DNA from: an uncultured delta proteobacterium
GTDB taxonomy: Bacteria; Bdellovibrionota; FAC87; UBA2466
Assembly: GCA_963778115.1 (NCBI GenBank)
Contig: CAVZSV010000004.1
Coordinates: forward strand, 160,001-224,000
Length of the DNA: 64,000 nucleotides
Reading direction: 5' to 3'
Part shown: piece after piece, positions 49,303-58,761 of the stretch
How positions within the stretch are numbered: the stretch's first letter is position 1
How the letters are laid out: the number at the start of each line of letters is the position of its first letter
Translations under genes and position numbers: made by a program
Notes under the pieces: generated by a model
The model's input: the letters and a program-made list of their open reading frames with translations, nothing else
Database searches by the model: none
Told to the model about the DNA's origin: nothing

Positions 49303-50211
49303 ATGAAGCATCTTTTATCGACGATTTTCGTCATCAGCTTAGTTAGCGCGAAGTTTGCAGTGGCCGGAACACCCATCCAAGTGTTGAAAATGGCACATGG
49401 ATCGTTGGACGAGGCTACGATCATTGAGAACATCAAAACTAACTTCAACGTCGACCAGTACCGACTGGTTCGCGCTCAAGTGATTTCGAAAAACGGACAG
49501 CCGGATCACCTCCTGGTCTATCTTCATTCGAAAAAATATCACAAATTGGAAGTGGCCTCGGTTCCGTTAGGATCCAATTTCGGTTTCGTATCGGTGGAAA
49601 GAAATCACGAAGTTTCCGCTTCAGATTTGCTAGCTACCAGCACTCCGAAGGCTGGCGACGTAGCCTGCCCCGACACGACAACCCAATTCATTGCTATCGC
49701 GCCCAACGACGATACTTTTGAACAGGGAATCGCCAAGGCAGTGGCCGCCGCCGCCAACAAAGCCGGACTTAAGACGGTAGAGTTGTACGGGAAGGATGCC
49801 ACGGGCGCTGCTTGGATGAATTACATGAGCTGCCCCAATCTAAAAGGAAACTTTTATGACGGCGACTCCAACCCTTCTGAAATTGCCGTGGCGAACGGAG
49901 TGTTATCTTCAAGCCAACTTCAGAGCGGATTGACGGGAGCGTTTAGATTTGACGTCACCAATATCTGGGTGGCATGCGAAGCTTATAACAACCCGATGCT
50001 GGATGTAGTCCAACAAGACATGCAGGCAAAGAAGTATGCCGCCGGCATCAACGATCTTGAAGTCGGACCTAGTGACAACGCCGCTCAATGCGCCATGATC
50101 GCCGACATCAACGGTCAATACATGACCGATGCCTGGGCGAGCTGCATTAAGCAGAACGACCAGACCCAAGATCAATGGGGTTGGGGCGGAACGGGCTCTG
50201 ATCTGTTTTAG
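49303..50211 (+). CDS. Secreted protein with a caspase-hemoglobinase (CHAT-like) C-terminal domain
   Basis: ELYGKDAT, NFYDGDS, NGVLSSSQL and IWVACEA follow the CHAT motif order. Confidence 0.55.
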   Translation: MKHLLSTIFVISLVSAKFAVAGTPIQVLKMAHGSLDEATIIENIKTNFNVDQYRLVRAQVISKNGQPDHLLVYLHSKKYHKLEVASVPLGSNFGFVSVERNHEVSASDLLATSTPKAGDVACPDTTTQFIAIAPNDDTFEQGIAKAVAAAANKAGLKTVELYGKDATGAAWMNYMSCPNLKGNFYDGDSNPSEIAVANGVLSSSQLQSGLTGAFRFDVTNIWVACEAYNNPMLDVVQQDMQAKKYAAGINDLEVGPSDNAAQCAMIADINGQYMTDAWASCIKQNDQTQDQWGWGGTGSDLF

Positions 50212-50229
50212 CTCTTTCGAGCAAGCTAG

Positions 50230-50259
50230 GGGCGACGGCTTAGGCCGTCGCCCTTTTTT
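50230..50259 (+). terminator. Rho-independent terminator
   Basis: GGGCGACGGC-TTAG-GCCGTCGCCC-TTTTTT. Confidence 0.9.
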
Positions 50260-50294
50260 ATTTGATCATTAAAAGCAACGCGGCTTTAAACCGG

Positions 50295-51209
50295 CTACCT
50301 ATGTTCCGGCCTGCGCCGGTACCTTCTCGGAGCCGGCCGTGCCGGCTGCGGCCGGCGCATAGTCGCCGGATTCGATCTTCGTTGAAGGGCGTTTTGAGGG
50401 GCATATCCCCCGCCGCGGTAGGCATTCAATCTCTGGGAGCTCAGATGAGGAACATTCCCCGGCAAGTGACTATTGGGATTCTGTTGAACCGTAGACCACG
50501 TCGTAGGTGCACTTCTTAATCCGGGGTTACTCACTTCGTAAGCTTGGACGTTTTGCGCCATCGGACTCACACGATGCACATAATTAACATAGGCAGGAGA
50601 GGCCGGAACGTAGACTCCCGGGGGAGACAAGATAACCACCTGCTTCTCATACGCGACATAACTACGCACTACAAAATAGTTAGTATCGTCGTGAATATAG
50701 ACCGGCCCGGAATAGTAATAGGGCGCAGGACTTGACGTGTTTGAGCTAGAGGCTTGAGCCGGGGCTTGATCGGCATTTCCCTCATTCGAAGTGTAATAGG
50801 CATCTTGAAACCTTTTTAATTCCTCCGTCATCGCGACGTTGCCCAACTTTTGAATGTCTTCCGGCTTTACCGCTTGCTTGGCTTGCTCGCACTCTTCGTA
50901 GGTAATGCCTACTTTGGCGTAAGCCGTGTGGCCTCGATCGGTCTTTTCATCGTAATGATCTTCGATCCTAGCTCCCTTGGGAGCAAAAGAGCATTCATTC
51001 GCGAGATCTCCGATGGCGATAGCTTCCGCTTTGAATTGCGCCTTTTCGGGACTAATGTCTTCGCCCGTTCCTACATAAACGATATAGCCAGAATCTACCG
51101 TTCGCGCCGGATTTCGAATCCAGGCCTTATCGTCGGCTGGTTTAGTGGAGCTACAGGTGACAAGGATGAGTAGAGGAAAAGAAAAAAAGAGTAAGGTAAG
51201 TAATCGCAT
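50295..51209 (-). CDS. Lipoprotein (LPP20-like N-terminus, Arg/Pro-rich tail)
   Basis: LVTC lipobox, AWIRNP...YIVYVGTG...AQFKAEAIA. Confidence 0.7.
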   Translation of the reverse strand: MRLLTLLFFSFPLLILVTCSSTKPADDKAWIRNPARTVDSGYIVYVGTGEDISPEKAQFKAEAIAIGDLANECSFAPKGARIEDHYDEKTDRGHTAYAKVGITYEECEQAKQAVKPEDIQKLGNVAMTEELKRFQDAYYTSNEGNADQAPAQASSSNTSSPAPYYYSGPVYIHDDTNYFVVRSYVAYEKQVVILSPPGVYVPASPAYVNYVHRVSPMAQNVQAYEVSNPGLRSAPTTWSTVQQNPNSHLPGNVPHLSSQRLNAYRGGGYAPQNALQRRSNPATMRRPQPARPAPRRYRRRPEHR

Positions 51210-51246
51210 TGCTATAGCCTAACGTAAAATTCACAGGGAGTCGACG

Positions 51247-52410
51247 CTATCCCCACTTCGTCTTCAATTGGGGACCGCAACACGAAGCAACTAACGATCG
51301 AAAGTTTGCTTGGTACTCATCCCAGCTAAAGCGTTTCGTTATCTTCATCGCTTCTACTCTCATCGTTTGAAGTCTGTCTCGATCATCGGCCAGCAGTTCC
51401 AGTTTCTCGCGAATAGCCAACGAATCGTTGGGAGGAATGATAAATCCGTTAATACCGTCCGTGACCCATTCCGCTGCTCCACATCGCGACGTCACGATAG
51501 GAACGACACCTACCGCCATCGCTTGAAACAGGGTCATTCCAAATCCGTCTTCTAAAGTCGGAAAAACAAACACGTCAGTATTCTTAAGCATCCCGGCAAG
51601 AGCTGACTGGGGCATGGAGTCGAAATGCCGGGGCCGATATTTTTGCATTATCGCTCCAAACTCGGACGCCACTTTTCCAATAAGAGTGCATTCAAATCCT
51701 TTGTCGGAAAGTGATGCCATCGCTTCCAAAAGATATTGTACGCCCTTGCGAAGAGATAACTGGCCGAAGTAGACGACCCTGAGTCGTCCGTTTGGTGGGG
51801 GCGAGCCCGGTTGAAAAACAGAAGGATCCACTCCTAAGGGCAGAACCACCACCTTTGATTCCGAAATTCCCCGCTCTAAAAAAGTTCGCTTAACAAACTG
51901 GGAAGGCACCAAAATATGAGAGCAAAGGTCATACTCTTCGAGCTCTCTTTCCTCGCAAGCGCTACGATTAGGATAACGTTCGCCCCACTTGGCAAACTCG
52001 GCCCTCAAAATTTCGCTCTGAGTCAGAATATGCGCCGAATCACGGACAATAATCGAAACGGGCGAAATCTTTCTACGTAGATTTTCAAGAGAGAAAGAGG
52101 ACCAACCCACAAAGAGATCGCTAGGAACCTTGGTACGCTCCCGAGCCACCATTCGGTCAAAGAGGGCCATTTTCGCCAGATCACCCTGATTTTCGAATCC
52201 CATCGCTCTAAAGCCACGAAACAAAATTTCCGGAAGTAAGACACTATGAACGAATCGAGCGGGAATTCGAGGAAACTTAGAAGCCGGATAACTCGAGAAA
52301 AGCCGCCCCAGTGAGATCTCCCCTTCAGATGAGGACGATTCAACCAGCGCTAAGGCCATCCACTCGGCCTCGAATTTACCGCCAACTGAAATATCAATCT
52401 GTGGCACCAT
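51247..52410 (-). CDS. GT4 family glycosyltransferase
   Basis: FGQLSLRKG, FVFPTLEDGFGMTLFQAMAVG, FSWDEY. Confidence 0.9.
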   Translation of the reverse strand: MVPQIDISVGGKFEAEWMALALVESSSSEGEISLGRLFSSYPASKFPRIPARFVHSVLLPEILFRGFRAMGFENQGDLAKMALFDRMVARERTKVPSDLFVGWSSFSLENLRRKISPVSIIVRDSAHILTQSEILRAEFAKWGERYPNRSACEERELEEYDLCSHILVPSQFVKRTFLERGISESKVVVLPLGVDPSVFQPGSPPPNGRLRVVYFGQLSLRKGVQYLLEAMASLSDKGFECTLIGKVASEFGAIMQKYRPRHFDSMPQSALAGMLKNTDVFVFPTLEDGFGMTLFQAMAVGVVPIVTSRCGAAEWVTDGINGFIIPPNDSLAIREKLELLADDRDRLQTMRVEAMKITKRFSWDEYQANFRSLVASCCGPQLKTKWG

Positions 52411-52451
52411 AGACCTCTAAGGTTAATAGACTTTTCTTTTTTTTCTGAACG

Positions 52452-53012
52452 CTATTTCCTGCCGAGCAGCCCTTCTTTGAGCCCTTCGTTAGGAGGGTTT
52501 TTTCCGATCCAGGTGGAAAGGATCACTTTCCCGAACCCCGGGGAGGAGGCTTCCCCCTTCGCTTTGCCGTCAACAGCCACCGACACGCAATCATCAGTTA
52601 GTGTATAACTAATGCGTTCTCCCTTTTTCATATCCGGCATAAAGCCTTTAAGCTGATCTAACGAAGTTTGATAAGTCTCACACTTTTGCTCGCAGTTATT
52701 TTTAAAAGACTTGTCCCATGCCTCGCGAATATCGGAAGCGTCAACGTTCCTCAAAAATTGCATCTGTAACTGCTTGGGTGAGGAAGCGCTTATCGCGGAT
52801 TTTTCATCCTGAGTCTTGTTCTTCAAATACAATCCCGCAGCATAGACCTTTACTCTAAACATAGTGGCAGTGCGAAGCCCCGTTCCATTTAAGTTCAAAG
52901 TCTCTGTTCCTACCTTAACGGTGTCAGGAAAAGTTACCGATTCCAAGATAGCGGCTTCAGACCTCGACATCCCCAAACCGGACAAAAGGCAAACCAACAG
53001 TAAGTATTTCAC
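52452..53012 (-). CDS. Chalcone-isomerase-fold (Chalcone_3-like) periplasmic protein
   Basis: LNLNGTGLR..FRVKVYAAGLYL, STWIGKNPPNEGLKEGLLG. Confidence 0.88.
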   Translation of the reverse strand: MKYLLLVCLLSGLGMSRSEAAILESVTFPDTVKVGTETLNLNGTGLRTATMFRVKVYAAGLYLKNKTQDEKSAISASSPKQLQMQFLRNVDASDIREAWDKSFKNNCEQKCETYQTSLDQLKGFMPDMKKGERISYTLTDDCVSVAVDGKAKGEASSPGFGKVILSTWIGKNPPNEGLKEGLLGRK

Positions 53013-53078
53013 AGCAAACTCCCTTCAATGCTCAGTCTGTACACGAACCTAGGGCGCCTGTACAGAAGGGCAAACCCT

Positions 53079-53558
53079 TTACCTGAGGATGCTCTGCAGA
53101 TGAGAAAGGCAGCCCTTCCATCCCCATTCGTGGTCCTCTTTGGCTTCTTTCGAAGGAAAACCTGAGTGAATCAGGCATAACTGCGTATTTTCTGATTTTG
53201 CTTCGAACGTCACTTCGACTTTCGTCTCACCCAGCAAAGGCTCCTTTGGCCACGTCCAAGAAAAACTCAATGCGCAAAAAGGTTCGACCTTAAGATAACT
53301 ACCCTCGACAATAAAACGCGTTCTTGAATCGTTGGTCATCTCGATGCGGTATCGGCCGCCGACCCGCAAATCGATCTTAGCCCGATCGATAGTCCAGCCC
53401 TCACGCGGATGGAACCATAATTTAATCACTTCAGCTTGGGTCCAAGCCTCATAGAGTTCACTCACGTGATACGCAAAGGTCTGGCGCAGGATCAAAGTGG
53501 TTTTATCATTCGCAGCGACCGTGTCGCCGTTTTGAAGTTGGACTGCTTCGACGTCCAT
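53079..53558 (-). CDS. SRPBCC/AHSA1 domain protein
   Basis: LYEAWT, DLRVGGRYRIEM, HEWGWKGCL. Confidence 0.88.
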   Translation of the reverse strand: MDVEAVQLQNGDTVAANDKTTLILRQTFAYHVSELYEAWTQAEVIKLWFHPREGWTIDRAKIDLRVGGRYRIEMTNDSRTRFIVEGSYLKVEPFCALSFSWTWPKEPLLGETKVEVTFEAKSENTQLCLIHSGFPSKEAKEDHEWGWKGCLSHLQSILR

Positions 53559-53584
53559 GAGACCTCAAGTCGAAATAAACCTTT

Positions 53585-54163
53585 CTAAAACTTAATCTCA
53601 ATACCGCTCAAAAAGAGGAAGGATTCGTTTTGAACGGTTCCTAATCCTGAGTTACCAACGACATCAAATAATCCGGCGGCTAGTCTGGCAGTAAAATAAA
53701 AACGTAACCCCTTGGTGATATCCCATTCAGCACCTCCACCCAGATGGAAGACAATGTCAAAAGGGCTCGTTCCCGAATAACGATTCACCGCAAACGAAGG
53801 TGCCGGGCCTGTAAAAATAATGGGACTGAAATGGCTCGAACCGAATTTAATGACGATCAGGACGGGAAATTCCACGACATCGTAGGGATATACCGTATTC
53901 GCCCCATTCAATGACCAGACAAATCCACCGGGACGGTAATTCACTTCGAATCTAAAAAACAGAGCGTCACTTAACCCATCGTCGAAAAAGAGTCCCGCCA
54001 TCGCCACAGGCCTCGGGTTTTGGGAGGTTCCCCCGGGAGGCAAGGTCGAAGTATTCGCTAAGGAGAGTCCCCCTTGAATTCCTAGCCAGTTACTCGAATA
54101 AGCAAACGAACGTTGCGCCAATAAAAGAAGGGATACCATGAAAATGACGCGCAGCCGTTGCAT
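53585..54163 (-). CDS. Outer membrane beta-barrel (PorT-like) protein
   Basis: Signal peptide, amphipathic strands, C-terminal Phe. Confidence 0.75.
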   Translation of the reverse strand: MQRLRVIFMVSLLLLAQRSFAYSSNWLGIQGGLSLANTSTLPPGGTSQNPRPVAMAGLFFDDGLSDALFFRFEVNYRPGGFVWSLNGANTVYPYDVVEFPVLIVIKFGSSHFSPIIFTGPAPSFAVNRYSGTSPFDIVFHLGGGAEWDITKGLRFYFTARLAAGLFDVVGNSGLGTVQNESFLFLSGIEIKF

Positions 54164-54285
54164 GGGGTTTCCTCTATTTGTGATTAATTATAAAATTACC
54201 AATAACTAGATTCTACTACGGTAACATTAAAGCCGTGAACTTCACATTGACTCGAAGAAAGCCCCTTTGAAACAGGAGAAACGCG

Positions 54286-54636
54286 ATGCGTAAATTCACA
54301 AGCCCTAACTCTCAGATGCGAATCGTCTGGATAATGCTCTGGTCGATGCCGTTAGCGGCCGCCACTCCTATCTGTGTTCGAAATTATGGTGACGTTGCTT
54401 GTCAGCAACTGCCCCAAGGATACGGTTACGTGCTGCCCCTAGATCCCAATAGCAGCAATAAGATCTGCGCACGACTCTATGACGCCTTTTACTGCACGGA
54501 GGCGTCTAAAGACTACGAAGAGGTCGCAACCGTTTCCGGGGAGGCCGCTTGCGTGCTCAACGACAATCAGCCCCCCGTAGCCAATCTTTGCGAATCAACC
54601 CCCGACGACTTTGCTTACATTAGGGCTCAACCCTAG
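54286..54636 (+). CDS. Small secreted Cys-rich repeat protein
   Basis: AGGAG SD; three C...C...aromatic units. Confidence 0.65.
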   Translation: MRKFTSPNSQMRIVWIMLWSMPLAAATPICVRNYGDVACQQLPQGYGYVLPLDPNSSNKICARLYDAFYCTEASKDYEEVATVSGEAACVLNDNQPPVANLCESTPDDFAYIRAQP

Positions 54637-54641
54637 CGGCT

Positions 54642-55217
54642 TTAAAAACTGAAGGTCACACCCACATTGGGTAAGAACACGAAAGTCGAGCCGATGATTC
54701 CTAGCTTCGGCTCGACGTAAAAAGAGGTCTGCCTGTCTAACTCAAATTCGATTCCGGGACGCGCTAGCCCCATAAAATCGATTTCCGATGCCGAACCATA
54801 AAAGGCAAGACTCCCGATGGTGACACTAATTCCCACTGAAGCCCCAAAATAGGGCGTGACGTTGCTGCCTGAGATTCGCACTCGGTAGTACAGTGTCGGC
54901 AGGATGGGAATCGAACTGATACTAACCCCACCGCTACTCCAGTGATAAAAGCCAGACTCAAGCCCCACATAGAGCGCAAGATTCGCTTTGAGGCGAAACA
55001 CGAGGCTCGTAGAAGCTCCAACGCCCGCGACCCCCTCAAGAAGCCCAAAGGAGGGACCCACCGAAAAGCGTGCGTTGTGATCGTCTCCCGAATATCCGGG
55101 TTCCTCTGGTGCTTTGATCACGGGCAAAGGCTTATAGTCTTGCGCAAAAGCTCCCATACCTAGACAGAGAATTAAAATAGCAGCCGGTCTTTTCGTCATC
55201 ATCATCTTCATCAACAT
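54642..55217 (-). CDS. Outer membrane beta-barrel protein (OmpA/OmpW-like)
   Basis: Signal peptide, TPYFGASVG, C-terminal GVTFSF; start uncertain (Met-rich). Confidence 0.75.
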   Translation of the reverse strand: MLMKMMMTKRPAAILILCLGMGAFAQDYKPLPVIKAPEEPGYSGDDHNARFSVGPSFGLLEGVAGVGASTSLVFRLKANLALYVGLESGFYHWSSGGVSISSIPILPTLYYRVRISGSNVTPYFGASVGISVTIGSLAFYGSASEIDFMGLARPGIEFELDRQTSFYVEPKLGIIGSTFVFLPNVGVTFSF

Positions 55218-55334
55218 CACAACGTACTCCTTGGTTTGGATGCCTCTCTTTAACTCGGTTCTGCTTTCTTTGCCAGCCGATTGACGATATCCCCCTGCGT
55301 GGTCATACTCTTCAGCCAAACGAGGGGAAAACTT

Positions 55335-56264
55335 ATGAAAAAGAAATTATTTGTCCTTTGGACCGTTCCGCTGCTACTCGCAGGTTGTGGGGGCAGCAAT
55401 CTGCCAGACCTTAATGATGCGCAAAAAGCGCAGTTCAAGAACACTATCGGATCCCTAGTAGCCGTTCCTACGGCAGTCTCGAATCTAAAGAGCCCTGCAA
55501 CCGCGGTGAGCGCGCCAACTCCTGCCCCTGGATTTAGCCAACGTAAGACGGATTCTTATCCCAATGTTGGCTCAGGCGACTTGCAATCAAGGCTTTCTCC
55601 CTATGTGGAAAATAAGACGTGTGACGTCGAGGTTACCGTTCCGGATTTTAGTAGTTTTTCCTCGGGAATGCCTAGCGTCTCTCAGCTCAGAGCTTTTCAA
55701 CTAACCATGAATGTGAGCGGTTCGGGTTGCCCCATCACCATGGACTTAGAGCTACATACGAATGCCAGTTCGGCGCAGCAGTTTTCAGGTTCGTTTACGT
55801 GGAGCTACGCCGCCGCCTCTTACTTTGTGACGGCAACAGATATCGATGCCGTAAATTGGAAAGGAAATTTTTCTGGAGGCATCAGTGGTTCTTCGGGGAA
55901 CATTCAATTTAATTCCAGTGGAACCGCGCACTCGGGAACCGATGGAGAGATTGGGATCTATGCCAATTTAAACGCTTCCGGATCTCAGGGAAGCGGTCAA
56001 GCGACTGGAAAGTTCGGAATCAAGTACGCAAACTTCACCGCTGAAATCGGGGTAAAAGCCGATTCCAATGGGAGCGTCACTTACCAGCTCAATGGAAAAG
56101 ATATTAGCCAGCAGGAGCTAGCCCAATATTTCCAGGGCCTAGGGCCTTCGGGTGTCAGTGGCAGTGGATCTAGCCCGGTAACTCCGCCCCCCATTCCGGG
56201 ACTTGGCGGACCCAATGTTTTAAATCCCCAAGAAACGCTAAAACATCTGCGATCGCTATCGTAA
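55335..56264 (+). CDS. Gly/Ser-rich lipoprotein
   Basis: MKKK...LLAGC lipobox. Confidence 0.78.
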   Translation: MKKKLFVLWTVPLLLAGCGGSNLPDLNDAQKAQFKNTIGSLVAVPTAVSNLKSPATAVSAPTPAPGFSQRKTDSYPNVGSGDLQSRLSPYVENKTCDVEVTVPDFSSFSSGMPSVSQLRAFQLTMNVSGSGCPITMDLELHTNASSAQQFSGSFTWSYAAASYFVTATDIDAVNWKGNFSGGISGSSGNIQFNSSGTAHSGTDGEIGIYANLNASGSQGSGQATGKFGIKYANFTAEIGVKADSNGSVTYQLNGKDISQQELAQYFQGLGPSGVSGSGSSPVTPPPIPGLGGPNVLNPQETLKHLRSLS

Positions 56265-56287
56265 TAAGACCTCCGTTTTCTATAAGC

Positions 56288-56323
56288 TCCCCGCTGTCTG
56301 CTAGGCAGCGGGGAATTTTTTTT
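56288..56323 (+). terminator. Rho-independent terminator
   Basis: TCCCCGCTGTCT-GCT-AGGCAGCGGGGA followed by T8. Confidence 0.88.
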
Positions 56324-56476
56324 GAGCCTGCCAGAAATCTTCCGCTTTCGGACTATTGCCAACGGTTCCGGATCATGATTAATCCGATCTTGACGTCCCG
56401 CACCAGATTTCAGGTTATCTGGTTATCGGGTTAGACAAAACGTCATGGGTTAAAAACTTAAGGGTTGGGGGAAATC

Positions 56477-57178
56477 ATGAAATTCATGCCTTTTACGGCA
56501 CTGATGGCTATTGTTGCCATCTTTGTCACTAGTCCATTCATTCAAAGCTCAATGGCTTCCACGGTGGCTCCGGAGGGACAGCCGATATCGACACTCACCT
56601 CAGGCTCCATTTCGGTGCCCGTCTATCCCACGGTGAATCTCACCTTGGATGGAACGACCGAAGCAGTGCCGCTTTACCTAACGGGAGACGGGATTCGAGT
56701 AAAGACCGTGCTCTTTAACTTCGACGTCTATACTTTGGTCAGCTATATCTCGACCAATCCCACGACGATCGATCCGACACAGTCTTCCGACAAGATTCTA
56801 GATGCGGTAAGGGCCGCTCCGACCAAGCTTTTACAGCTGGAGATGCTGACCGATTTGCAGGCCTCCGATATTCGCAATGCCTTTAGAGATGCCCTTAGAG
56901 ACAATAACGTGAGCGTCACGACCGATCCCATCGCGGGACTGCTCAAACAAATTAACTTCCCGTTTCCCACAGGAATGAAAATCAACATCGTCTCTTACAC
57001 AAAACCGGACGGAACTCAGATAGTACAAGTAGAGATTCCCAATCAGCCGACTCTCTCGGCGCAAGGGCCGACTCTCTCTAATGACTTCTGGAAAGTTTGG
57101 TTTGCAACTCCGGACGATTCGAATTTAGCGACTCTGCAAACTCAATTGCTTAATCAAATCGTAAAAACGGAGGAATAG
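56477..57178 (+). CDS. Chalcone-isomerase-fold periplasmic protein (second, divergent)
   Basis: LYLTGDGIRVKTVLFNFDVYTLVSYI, LQLEMLTDL..SDIRNAFRDAL, FWKVWF. Confidence 0.7.
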   Translation: MKFMPFTALMAIVAIFVTSPFIQSSMASTVAPEGQPISTLTSGSISVPVYPTVNLTLDGTTEAVPLYLTGDGIRVKTVLFNFDVYTLVSYISTNPTTIDPTQSSDKILDAVRAAPTKLLQLEMLTDLQASDIRNAFRDALRDNNVSVTTDPIAGLLKQINFPFPTGMKINIVSYTKPDGTQIVQVEIPNQPTLSAQGPTLSNDFWKVWFATPDDSNLATLQTQLLNQIVKTEE

Positions 57179-57958
57179 ATGAAAAGGGGATTACCACTTT
57201 TCGGATTGGGTCTAGCGTGTGCCTTGTTGTCTAGTTGCGGAATCGAAGACGCGACCAAACAAACTCTGGCGCAGGTTCAGCAAAGCAACCTAACTCAATC
57301 GGCCATCTTGCTCGCGGCTCACCGTCAAACGTTGAACACCGCTTACACGAACATGTTGAGTCCGGATAACACGCTATTCTTAAATCCACCGACACAGATG
57401 ATGCCATTCGCGCAGACGTTCGCCGATGAAGCGACGGCTGATGAATTGGTGCAAGTGGAGTACGTGCTGCTAAACACCGTGCAACTTCCGGCGCAAGGAA
57501 CGGAAACGGCTGCTCAAACGCAAGATCGCATGGTCAGTTTTGCGGCATTCACGACACTCGCGGGACTTACGCAAAAGCCAAAATTCGATGCACTATTATC
57601 CCAGCAGGTCGAACAGGGGGGGCGCTATTACGATACCGTGAGTAGCATGGCGGCGGCCCGTTACTCTTTCATCTTGAATGTCCTTTTTACCCCCCTGGTA
57701 GAGAGAAGCACCACACTCACCGTGGGGAGCTTGCAAGAGGCCGTTACCCGCTTCAACGCGATGAGAGCGTTGGTGTACCTACCGTACGCTTCTCAGATGA
57801 CGCTGGTGAATCCCAATACGAAGGGGAAAATTGCCATTGATCCGGTAAGTGCCTTTCGCAATCTTGGCCTTAACGCTATCGATGATTTCCAATCAGGTCT
57901 GGACGCCAAGACTTTCGCGGCAAACCAGGCTTTGTTGAATCAGTTTATTGTGCCTTAG
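57179..57958 (+). CDS. Helical lipoprotein of unknown function
   Basis: LLSSC lipobox; GGAGG SD; abuts the upstream gene. Confidence 0.75.
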   Translation: MKRGLPLFGLGLACALLSSCGIEDATKQTLAQVQQSNLTQSAILLAAHRQTLNTAYTNMLSPDNTLFLNPPTQMMPFAQTFADEATADELVQVEYVLLNTVQLPAQGTETAAQTQDRMVSFAAFTTLAGLTQKPKFDALLSQQVEQGGRYYDTVSSMAAARYSFILNVLFTPLVERSTTLTVGSLQEAVTRFNAMRALVYLPYASQMTLVNPNTKGKIAIDPVSAFRNLGLNAIDDFQSGLDAKTFAANQALLNQFIVP

Positions 57959-58362
57959 GGAGATAGAGTCATTTGCAGGGATTGAGTGGCGACACCGCAT
58001 TGGTTGCCCGTCACAGTAACATTAGGCGTAATTGCGGTTTGGAGGCTGGGGGCCGTCACGGTGACCGAATAGGTTCCCGGGCGCTCTCCGGCCGCCGAAA
58101 TTTCTAAAACTCCGTTTACGTCTTGTCCGTCGCTACCTGAGTGAACCTCTTGATAACTTCCGTCCGTTACCGTCACTTGAACCTGGGATAAATTGGTACC
58201 GCTTGGGACAGTCAATTGAATCGCTAATCCGAAAGTGTAAACATCAGCGCAAAGATTATTCGAACCACTTTCGGTGGAGGTAGAACCATCAGATGGTTTT
58301 CCACATCCCGAAAGTATCGAGACCGAAAGAACTAAAAAAATGGTGAGTAATCCCAAGCGCAT
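57955..58362 (-). CDS. Lipoprotein with carboxypeptidase-regulatory-like (prealbumin-fold) domain
   Basis: LSGC lipobox; AGERPGTYSVTVTAP. Confidence 0.7.
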   Translation of the reverse strand: MRLGLLTIFLVLSVSILSGCGKPSDGSTSTESGSNNLCADVYTFGLAIQLTVPSGTNLSQVQVTVTDGSYQEVHSGSDGQDVNGVLEISAAGERPGTYSVTVTAPSLQTAITPNVTVTGNQCGVATQSLQMTLSP

Positions 58363-58550
58363 CTAACCACCTTAATGTGCAATCACTGATCCAAGAATAC
58401 ACGCAGAGTGTGGAGGCAAAAATTGTCGAAACTTTGGACAGCCAATTTCAAGGAAAAGCTAAGTAGCTAATGTCTTTGAGGGGGAAGCGCCTAGTGGCTA
58501 GGCAGCTTCGGATAGTAATTTAACTATTTGATTTTACTGAGCTTTATTTC

Positions 58551-58678
58551 TAAATCCAAGCAAAAAGCGAAAGGCCAAAAGAAAAAAACGCAAAATCCAA
58601 AAGTAAAGTTTGAGTTCCCCAAGTTTACTTTTGCGGTTTGCGCTTTTTCTTTTGGCCTTAGCTTTATGTTTGGATTTA
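58551..58678. repeat. About 60-bp-arm imperfect inverted repeat upstream of azlC
   Basis: TAAATCCAAGCAAAAAGCGAAAGGCCAAAAGAAAAAAACGCAAAATCCAAAAGTAAA pairs with TTTACTTTTGCGGTTTGCGCTTTTTCTTTTGGCCTTAGCTTTATGTTTGGATTTA. Confidence 0.85.
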
Positions 58679-58761
58679 ATCGGCCTTCGATATCCGCGGT
58701 TCTCCCCCTTTCCTTTTGACAACCCCACCCACACTCGCCAAAGTCCCGTTCCGGAGAACCC

